Of a DNA stretch of 64,000 nt, positions 25,429 to 34,768 are shown one piece after another; the stretch's first letter is position 1, and each line of letters starts with the position of its first letter. The notes under the pieces are model-generated. The model searched no databases. It saw only the letters and a list, made by a program, of their open reading frames with translations, and had not been told where the DNA came from. The position numbers and the translations under genes were made by a program. Source of the stretch: Oopsacas minuta (taxonomy: Eukaryota; Animalia; Porifera). The DNA lies in the NCBI GenBank assembly GCA_024704765.1, contig JAKMXF010000066.1, positions 248,001-312,000 of the forward strand, read 5' to 3'.

Positions 25429-26238
25429 ATTAATTACAGCATTCGTGGTGTAGCTATTCCTGTTGATAAATTATCGATAATTATCAATAACGAGCCGCTT
25501 CGCTTGCTCCGCTGAGGGGCTTGCAAACACTTTGTGTTCGCATGGGACTCGGCACCTCGTGCTTCGAAGTTAGCAAAGTATAAATTACAAAATTGAATTG
25601 AGATATTAATATTCCAATTATTTGTTTACTATATAGTCAAACTTGTCTATAACAACTGCCAAAGGGACTGACTGACCAAAAGTGGAGATTTCAACTATTT
25701 GTTTACTTTATATTAATAAAACAACGATAAATTCATAAGAGAAACGTTAAATAAATTTATTGTTGTTTTTATAAATACCAATATCGTAAACAAATGATTG
25801 AAATCCCAAAATATACGTAGAGACTTGCTCTTAACGGCTACAATAGGAGTACGCTGAACCGAATTTCGCATTTTTCATATGTACTTTATTGTCGTTGTTA
25901 AGCATATTCTCTCAGGAGAATATGTAGCAAGTTCTCGTGAATACAACAATAAATATTTTGACGAGAGAACAATATAAGATAACATAATGATTTGATTCGT
26001 AGTTATTAAAATGGCTATAATTTTATTAAGAAATAATACATACAGAGCTGAGCTCTGGTAGAGCGCACAGTTTTCGCCCATATTACTGGTGAGTATATTG
26101 CAATATATAATATGAGGGTCTGTGTACTGGTTTCTTGTTGATGGGAATTTTGTTTCGATTATTGATCATGCCTCCTAATTGTCGTTGTGTTTTTCAAGCT
26201 ATTTAATGTGGACTTGAGCTTTTATATCGCATTCAATA

Positions 26239-29200
26239 CACAGTGGTTTAAAATGGGAGTTAGTAAAGAATAGGTATTCTAGTACCAGATAGCCATATGC
26301 AATGTATTATTTGCGAATAGGTTATCGTATCCGAGGAATCGAATGGGGTAATCAAATTTCTTCTATGGCTTCTAGATTTCTGGATATGACGTCACATTTA
26401 AAAAATTATTTAATAAAACTCATAGAAATTTCCACTTCATAAGAAAAATCTCCTACTCTGTATATATACTATTACTCTGTATAGTATTTGGATAAGAATG
26501 TATAGATTTAACATTTTAATGAATCAATGAATTAATTATAAGTGAATCAACAATTTCGTCTATAGAAGAATCTAGTAATCTATTTTCGGTATTATCCCTA
26601 CAACACTTTGCTCTTTTTGTGTGGCCGTGTTCCCCACACCTTTCACAAACTAAACTTGAACGAAATTGATTCAATACAGAGTCACTTTCAGAGGCCAGTC
26701 TCACGAAAATGTCCATTGCATTATCTTCAAATGAAGACTTCCTTGCAAGATTCTCCCTATACTTTCTTAGTAACTTGTTGCATGCCTCGGATCCCTCTTC
26801 AGAGAAACTTTTCAGACCTCGCCCATGGTTGAACTCTTTCAAAATTTCTTCTGAGTGAGCTAATACCCTGGTAATGTTGGGGTAATGCTCACCCAAGGTA
26901 ATGAATCAACGATCAAGAGATATGTATCGGTGCATAGATCACCAAAGACCTCGGTGTTAATGATCCTGTCTGAATTGATTATTCGAAGAATAGCTGACAA
27001 GTGTGTATGTAGTTTTGAAAGTGTTTCTTTGTGTTCTGTTTCAACAACTGACAATACACACTCAATGTATTTCGAATCACAGGAAAATGCTCGACGAGCT
27101 ACACTACCAGTAGAGCTAGTACCTCCACTTGCATTCGGCTGATCTATCCTCATTCCTGTCTTCCCTTCAATCAGATTTCTGACAAATATCATCGAATTTT
27201 TATCGCCAAAGATGTCGGTGACCATGTACGTTTTCCACAATTCAAATGATAAATTAGTAGATTGAACCACCTGAAAATGCCAGTGTACGAGTGTAACGGA
27301 GATGCTGGAAGGATGTTTATTGTTGAGGTTGGTTCGTGCGTTATGTTACAACGTTGGTTTGAAGGAAGTGAGAAGAACGAATGGCTGTCTTCTATTTCAC
27401 CGAAAAGTTGAATTGCATCAGTAATGTACCTGTTGATAGGAAATCCCTGTATTATCAACTCACGATCACTGAGTTCCTTATGTGTTGCTGTACATAATTG
27501 ACAACTTGCCCCACCTGCCCAAGATAGAATTCCTGCCATTTTCCCATCAAGCATTGATCGAACAATGTCGACTCGTACTTGCTGATCAGGGCCAAGAGTA
27601 AATCCTTCACTTCTCATAAGATCAGTATCAGTATTGATTAGATCGTCCATAAATCGCTTGATATTAGCTTCGTTTTCTTTCGCAGCGAGGAGGAAAATCG
27701 GACGTTGAGCAAAAGGAGAATTGGGAGTGTTATTTTTCCAGAGTTCGCGACCGCTATTGCTTATTACCTTTACAGCTCTGAAACAGAATAAGATAAACGA
27801 CTTAGTATCTGTATTCGTGTTTGATTGATTATATACAGTGTGACTTCCAGAGCCATCTAGTCCGTCTGCTATCTGGAATTATAGGGGATAATCTTGAGCT
27901 GGAGGTGGCGGTAGCGTGGACATAAGCCTGCAAAAAGTATGGCGGACGTGATGGGCATATGGCATATATACACCAAGTGGAGTTTCAGGATTGGGGTACA
28001 TCTGAATATCCGACCGTAAATTATACTGTTTCTTTCTTCTACTACCCTATAGTATGCCGGGAAACGAATATCGCTAGATAGCAAGTGATGTCGGAGTTGT
28101 GTGTATTTCCTCCTGCCAATTTCTAGGAGATCTACAAGGAACACTGTCTTGGTAACATCGAGCTCTTTCTTCAACAATTTACCGAATTGACCCGAAAACT
28201 TGTCATAGACTACAGATTTTGAAACTTTAGCTATTTCTCGCTGTTTTGTTTGGTTCGATAGTAGTTGCAAGGCAAGTGCAGCTATCTTGATTTCTGAAGT
28301 ATTCTCAACGATTGAGAGTGCTTTGATAGATTCCAAGACATTTGAGAGTCGTGAGCGTTGTTGTTGCATCGTGAGATTGTCAATACTCTTCCTATGGTTT
28401 GCAGAGAGTGTGGATATGACTTCTTCATCATCTGAAGACAGCTCAACGGTATCATAAAAACGGTTCCTCTTCAACTCTGGTTCCATGGATATACCACAAT
28501 GCCACCAGTCTCCCTCTAAGCAATCTAGCGATTTCTTTGCCTTCCTGATCCTGCTTCTTACTCGGAGGAGCGTTGCTTCCAATTGTTTCCTTTCTTCGAA
28601 GTCCATTTGAAAGTTCTGCTCAAAGAAACTGAGTGTCGTCGAGATACAGTTGTTGTTGTCTTTCAAAATCTTCGCAAATTCAAGATGAGAGTTAGGGAAA
28701 GTTAGTTCTTGAGTCATTGATAAAAGCGTAGAAAACGGTTGATTATCAGCAAATTCAATTTGTTAATGTCATATTAATCATGTATTTATATATTACATTT
28801 ATTGGTAATTGGAATGCTGCAATAGAGTAGATAAATTTAGCATACAAATTGCATAGCAACAAAAAGGTGACAATGGAATTCGCTGAAATTTTTCATGTTG
28901 CGCACTGTTTCTGTGCTTATCATTTTAATATGTCTTTCTAGATATTATAATGCCATTTTGGAATTAATTTCTAAGTGGTGTTTTGTGGTGTTTTTTTTTG
29001 CGGCCATTTGGAAGTTCTTTTTCTAAAAATATTGTACCTCTAAAGTACCATTAATCAAATCAACTTTGAATCCAAATGTAGTAAAGATACACTGACGAAA
29101 ATGAGAAATCAGATTTAGCATAACTGAATTGTGTTGACGAAATAAAATAAATTTGATTCGGAGAATTCTGTGACGCTCTCAAGTAACCTTAAATTGGTGC

Positions 29201-29391
29201 TAATATTAGCATCACTGAAACCGCAAATAGAACTATTTTTTGATTGATTCTTTAAATTCATATTGTGAGAGCTATATGTATTCGATCGAATTGAAATTTG
29301 AAATTAACATTATTCAAACAAACAAGAACGAGTTTAAACCATTAAAAATGAAATCTATTTTTTGTCTATTCTTTGCATTCAAACCACTGTG
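26239..29391 (-). mobile_element. RAG1-like/Transib-superfamily DNA transposon with RSS-like bipartite termini
   Basis: Inverted ends CACAGTGGTTT at 26239-26249 and 29391-29381. Each is followed by AAAGAATAG (26265-26273 and 29374-29366). A single internal transposase gene; no 5-bp TSD. Confidence 0.85.
26516..28717 (-). pseudogene. RAG1-like/Transib DDE transposase, about 734 aa after repairing three -1 frameshifts and one nonsense codon
   Basis: Hand reconstruction: NBD-like RKSIDNLTMQQQRSRL; IADGLDGSGSH (D1); WKNNTPNSPFAQRPIFLLAAKEN; SMLDGKM (D2); CQLC; ITPTL(H)RVLAH; FSEEGSEACNKLLRKYRENLARK (E); C-terminal CERCGEHGH. Lesions at about 28020, 27879-27881 (TAA), about 27200 and about 26870. 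Confidence 0.9.
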
Positions 29392-29396
29392 TGTTT

Positions 29397-30040
29397 TAGG
29401 CACGTCGCCTCACGTCCCAGATAGTAGGTATACACAACGTTGTGTTGCATCTTAGTAATATAAACCTTAATTAAATTAATGTCATATTTATACTTAGAAT
29501 TAATGGGAGTAAGCAGCAGGCCAATCGGAATATACACGTGGAGACATAATCTACAAATACTTAAATGGCATTGCTGGAGTGACATATTGGGCGCATTATG
29601 GTGTGTATGTAGGTAATAACTACGTAATTCATTTTACACAGGATGATAATGGTACAGGTGTGGTAAAGAAGGACAGCCTCGAAGCATTTGCTAATGGGAA
29701 AGATGTACATTTTTACAGTCGTTCAAGCAGTAGAACTGCCGATAAAGCCGAATCTATTTACAATGGAGGTGGCAGAGATTGGAAAACATATGATTTGTTG
29801 ACCAGAAATTGCGGACATTTTGTAGCGGAGTGCGCCAAATGATTAATATAGTCTAATCAAACAGCAACGACGACAGATTTAACTAGTTATTGTAGAGTAA
29901 TGATTAGATAGTATGTATTTCTAGCAGTTCTTTTTTCCTCTTGTACCTTGATTATATGAAACTACTAAACTAATTATTCAATATAATTATATACATTGAG
30001 TTTTAGAGGGTTCAATCAACAAGCTACTAATTAAATAGCC
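29397..30040 (+). repeat. Tandem segmental duplication unit (copy 1) of 30810-31445
   Basis: Near-identical from TAGGCACGTCGCCTCACGTCCC to TAATTAAATAGCC in both copies. Confidence 0.9.
29503..29842 (+). pseudogene. LRAT/NlpC-P60-domain gene copy 1, with a 7-bp insertion after the ATG (frameshift)
   Basis: ATGGG-AGTAAGC-AGCAGGCC versus ATGGGAGCAGGCC in copy 2. The downstream frame keeps YWAHYGVYVG..VIHF and NCGHFVAECAK. Confidence 0.75.
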
Positions 30041-30915
30041 AATAAGCGACTTCATGGAAATTATATTTTTGGGTTCTACCATCCTTCATGAAATACTCAA
30101 CATTTCCAGAATTCCTACAAAATCACAATCACGTAATTATAAATGTACAGTATTTCCCTGAATAACCGAGCGTTATTCTTTTCGTGTAATTTTTTTACAA
30201 TTTTTGAAAATACAAATGGTTTTGTGAAACCAATTATCCTAATTTGTTGGATAGTCAAATGAGACATAAATTAACAGTCTTCTAATGATAAATTATATTC
30301 ACAAGGCTTGGAGCCTCTTCTAGCCCCCGGCGTATTTCCCTGAATAAGCATTCAGGAAAATACGATCATTACAATAAAATAATTTATGATAGACAATTTA
30401 GTGAACTGAATGGATTCCAAGGATCAGTTACAAATAATTCCTGAAATAATGAATACGCCCTTGAGGGAAATAAGATCCAACTCTAAAGAAGGACAATATA
30501 TTAGGCTAACTACCAGAATACTACATATAAAGGAAATTACAGCCACTGTCAGTATAACTACGTATACTAGTAAAAATGAATTCATTCATCTAGGCTGTAT
30601 TTCCGTCCGGTCTATGACATTGCATCAAACCACCTTGACTTAAACACATATATGTACCAATCATTTATTGTAACACTTGATTAATAAGAGGGCAATTCCG
30701 AGTTTAAATCGTTAATTCTTACAAAAATTGCAGGAAAATAATTACTGAGAAGACAATTAGGTCCCTGGTAGACCCATTTCCCCTAATTTATGTACTAAGC
30801 AGGATTTTCTAGGCACGTCGCCTCACGTCCCAGATAGTAGGTATGCACAACGGTGTGTTACATCTTAGTAATATAAACCTTAATTAAATTAATGTCATAT
30901 TTATACTTAGAATTA

Positions 30916-31275
30916 ATGGGAGCAGGCCAATCGGAATATACACGTGGAGACATAATCTACAAATACTTAAATGGCATTGCTGGAGTGACATATTGGAAGC
31001 ATAAGGGTGTGTATTTAGGTGATAATTATGTAATTCATTTTACACAGGATGATAATGGTACAGGTGTGGTAAAGAAGGACAGCCTCGAAGCATTTGCTAA
31101 TGGGAAAGATGTACATTTTTACAGTCGTTCAAGCAGTAGAACTGCCGATAAAGCCGAATCTATTTACAATGGAGGTGGCAGAGATTGGAAAACATATGAT
31201 TTGTTGACCAGAAATTGCGGACATTTTGTAACGAGTGCGCCAAATGATGAATATAGTCTAATCAAACAGCAATGA
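30916..31275 (+). CDS. LRAT/PLAAT-like (permuted NlpC/P60) protein copy 2, with a MGAGQS myristoylation-like start
   Basis: RGDII..YWKHKGVYLGDNYVIHF..Y.LLTRNCGHF, so His-His-Cys is present. A 1-bp deletion near the end changes the C-terminus relative to copies 1 and 3. Confidence 0.8.
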   Translation: MGAGQSEYTRGDIIYKYLNGIAGVTYWKHKGVYLGDNYVIHFTQDDNGTGVVKKDSLEAFANGKDVHFYSRSSSRTADKAESIYNGGGRDWKTYDLLTRNCGHFVTSAPNDEYSLIKQQ

Positions 31276-32075
31276 CGACAGACTAAACTAGTTATTGTGG
31301 AATACTGATTATATAGTATGTATTTCTAGCAGTTCTTTTTTCCTCTTGTACCTTGATTATATGAAACTACTAAACTAATTATTCAATATAATTATATACA
31401 TTGAGTTTTAGAGGGTTCAATCAACAAGCTACTAATTAAATAGCCCTGTTGCATGAGATATTGACCCCCATATAATAATGACCCCCCCCCCCTCTATAAA
31501 GGAACCATGGATGCTCAATGGGGTCATTTTGGCATAGTAGAACTGACATAATTTATCATAGTCATTTGAATCCAGTAAATTGAATGTTGAATTCGGTTCC
31601 GCGGCATTTTTATATCCCTTATTATTGGGAATACTTGTTATCAAATTAACAACGAAATATACACTGAACTTTCGGTGCTTCTTGTGGTTTAATGAACAAT
31701 TTATTTTGTAGATTTAATATGATAATGTCATCCAGTGATGACAATAACTTGATGTGATAAGAAGGGGGTCAATATCTCACGAAGATTAGAGTAGAATAAT
31801 GACCCCTTTGAGCATCCATGGTTCCTTTAAAGAGGGGGGCTCATTATTACTGGGGGTCAATATCTCATGCAACAGGGCAATTTAATTAGTAGCTTGTCGA
31901 TTGAACCGTCTAAAACTCAATGAATGTAATTACATTTAATAAATAGTTTAGTAGTTTCATATAATCAAGATACAAGAGGAAAAAAGAACTTTTTAAGAAA
32001 TACTTAGTATCTAATCATTATTCTACAATAAATAGTTTAGTCTGTCGTCGTTGCTGTTTGATTAGACTATATTAA
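31245..32075. repeat. Long inverted repeat (arms about 31245-31528 and 31798-32075) joining convergent LRAT copies 2 and 3
   Basis: For example GCCCTGTTGCATGAGATATTGACCCCC and GGAACCATGGATGCTCAATGGGGTCATT are mirrored at 31798-31878, and the 3' flanks of both genes mirror each other. Confidence 0.85.
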
Positions 32076-32564
32076 TCATTCGGCGCAATGTCTTGCAAAA
32101 TGTCCGCAATCTCTATACGCCGGCCAATATGTTTTCCAATCTGTGCCACCTCCATTGTAAATAGATTCGGCTTTTTCCGCAGTTTTACTGCCTGAATGCC
32201 TGTAAACATGTACATCTTCCCCAACACCAAATTCTTCGAGACTGACCTTCTCTAACACACCTTCCCAATTATTACCCCATGTAAAATGAATTACACAATT
32301 ATCACCTAAATACACACCATAATGCTTCCAATATGTCGGACGATTTAAATATCTGTAGATTATGTCTCCACGTGTATATTGCGATGTATTGTAGCTTTTT
32401 GAAGCTGAAGGAGTAGTCCCTGAGCTACTTGAGCTACTTGGGCTACTTGAGCTACTTGGGCTACTTGGGCTACTTGAGCTACTTGGGCTACTTGGGCTAC
32501 TTGGGCTACTTGGGCTAGCAATCAATTCATAATTCCAGTAGCATTGCACTTTAAATCTACGCAT
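32076..32564 (-). CDS. LRAT/PLAAT-like protein copy 3, with an N-terminal Ser/Pro repeat tail
   Basis: YTRGDIIYRY..YWKHYGVYLGDNCVIHF..DCGHFARHCAE. The true start is uncertain. Confidence 0.75.
   Translation of the reverse strand: MRRFKVQCYWNYELIASPSSPSSPSSPSSSSSPSSPSSSSSPSSSSSSGTTPSASKSYNTSQYTRGDIIYRYLNRPTYWKHYGVYLGDNCVIHFTWGNNWEGVLEKVSLEEFGVGEDVHVYRHSGSKTAEKAESIYNGGGTDWKTYWPAYRDCGHFARHCAE
32422..32511. repeat. Coding minisatellite, 10 x 9 bp (G[A/G]GCTACTT), encoding SSP/SSS
   Basis: Ten consecutive units counted directly. Confidence 0.95.
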
Positions 32565-32790
32565 ATAGATAACACAACAGGGATATATCTTTATGTATCT
32601 ACATATTAGTCAGATAAACTGACTCAAGTACTTGCATATTCTTATCGTAGTATGATTTTCACCAACACACCCTACATATTCCAAATTAGTACAATTGCAT
32701 CTTACATAAAGAGATAAAAAGATACAGTCTTATGAAGTTGATAAAAAATTTTAATTTTGTTATTAAAAATATAACTGGTCTTTGTCTATA

Positions 32791-34463
32791 ATGAAGTATA
32801 CACGTATTGGATTTCTGACATATACTTTGATGGCATTAGTGTTATTAAGATACTCTACAGCACAGCAATTTTGTTACAGGGACTCTTCAATTAATTGTAT
32901 AAACTTTAATCGTGTCGAGTGTTATGCACAATCTGGTATGAATTCAAACATTTTAGGGAATGCGTTGACTACTTGCACAATGGGCGAACACTTTCAGGAA
33001 GTTTTCTTATTTTAGAAGGTATGAATTACTCCATTGAATTGCCCCTTAATCTCGGTGATAATATTACTATCTTTGCAATATTTGGATCTGGAAGTAACAT
33101 AACTGTGTTTATTAATCCGCTTAAACAGCACAGTAACATTACACGGTTTAGTCTAGAAAGCATAGATTGGGAAACACGAGGTATGATGTTATATACCCAC
33201 TTCCCTAACCTAGAACAAATTGAAATAACGCGAGAAGGCTCCGTCAATACAATAGATACCAATCTATTGACTAATCTTATGTCCCTATCCTCTCTAGCAT
33301 GGACAAGTAGCTCATTAGTAAATATACATGTAGATACTTTCAGAGGTCTGTCTTCTTTATCCTTTATAAGCATAATTGGTAATTCCATATCGTATCTGTC
33401 TAGTGAAACATTCCAGCATTTACCATCTCTTAAGATATTATTTGTTTTTCAATTAAACTGTACTTGTCAACTGCAATGGATGTCTATAGTAGAAGCTAAT
33501 GGTTGGATTGATATTATAGGAAGTTGTGAGGGATCTGGTTTGAGAATAGATTCTCCTTCCACATATTCACAGTGTCACAGTACTGAGTCTTATCAATGTT
33601 TCAACAAGTCAGTTAGTTGTGATAACGTTTGTATTAACACACCAGATAGCTACATATGTGCTTGTGCAGAAGGTTACGGACTGACACTGATAGAAGCTGA
33701 ACAAGCATGTCATGACATTGATGAGTGTGTACAGAATGTAACTATCTGTCAGGAACAGAATTGTAGGAATACTCTAGGATCTTATCAGTGCTACTGTAGT
33801 GAGGGATTCTTACTGAGTAATGATGGGAATACATGTTCTGATGTGAATGAGTGTAGTAACAATCCTTGTGAGTACAATTGTACTAACACTATGGGATCCT
33901 ACTTGTGTTCTTGTTATGAGTATTTCGTTCTTAGCAATGACAGGCACACATGTCAGTGTCAATCAGGTTATAAGTTAACAGCTGATGGATGTGTAGATAT
34001 AAATGAGTGTGTAGATGGGAATGGAGGTTGTGATGACATTTGTATTAACACAGATGGGAGTTTTACGTGTACTATATTCCTTATGGATAACTCTCAAAGT
34101 CAACTAACTTTCGTGTTCATAGGTATTTCAGCTATCCTGACAATAATTCTGATTATTATTATATTTGTATTGGCTATTACATGCTGTTGTTGTTGTTATT
34201 GTTGGAAACTTTCGAAATCACAACCAGAAAGTTCTAGCAAGCCAAATGATAGAGTAGATAAGATAGAGTACTATGCTGTAGTCTCACCTGAAAGTACCAA
34301 TAATGCAAGCAACTACATTAACACAAATAATGAGGAGCTGAAACGCAATATAAACCCAGCTGTCTATCCAGAAGAGGATCCTTACTACACTGATATGCAG
34401 ACTGCTCAGGTAGAATCTGGTCAGATGTCTCCTGCTTACTACCTCCAAATGAATAACATTTGA
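32791..34463 (+). CDS. Type I membrane receptor: signal peptide, LRRs + LRR-CT, about 4 calcium-binding EGF repeats, TM, Tyr-rich tail
   Basis: An 80-nt intron at 32936-33015 (GTATGA..TTTTAG) joins signal-peptide ORF 32782 to ORF 32919 in frame. LSSLSFISIIGNSISYLSSETFQHLPSLKIL, LNCTCQLQW, DIDEC/DVNEC/DINEC repeats, TM followed by CCCCCYC. Confidence 0.85.
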
Positions 34464-34768
34464 TTTCTGTGTTCTCTAACATAACAAAAATTTGAAAACA
34501 TCAGTTGAGAACTATTTGTGTGCTACATCTTCATATACCCTCCTAATTAGGATCCTTTTAATCTATTATTTTATACTAACTGTTTGTTCTTTGTATATAC
34601 CAATGCATGACACTTTAAGCATATGTTTTGCGATCAAGAGTTCGAATCGTGCTATCCCCTCTTAAGCAAGAAATAAATTTATTAACGTAATTAACTTCTA
34701 ATACAACTAAACAAATCAAACATCTATACAATACAAAACAATTTCCCTAACTTATTAACTAAAAACTA

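Noticed and set aside
28718-29380. Possible RAG2-like gene inside the transposon
   Set aside because: Only about 660 bp of AT-rich sequence upstream and about 280 bp downstream, with no kelch-like or PHD-like ORF on either strand. ORF 29240-29455 runs across the TIR and is spurious.
30410-30643. ORF between LRAT copies 1 and 2
   Set aside because: 77 aa with no motif and no homolog in the window.
32936-33015. Apparent frameshift between signal-peptide ORF 32782-33015 and ORF 32919-34463
   Set aside because: An 80-nt GTATGA..TTTTAG intron joins them in frame, so pseudogenisation is not needed (RNA-seq would confirm).
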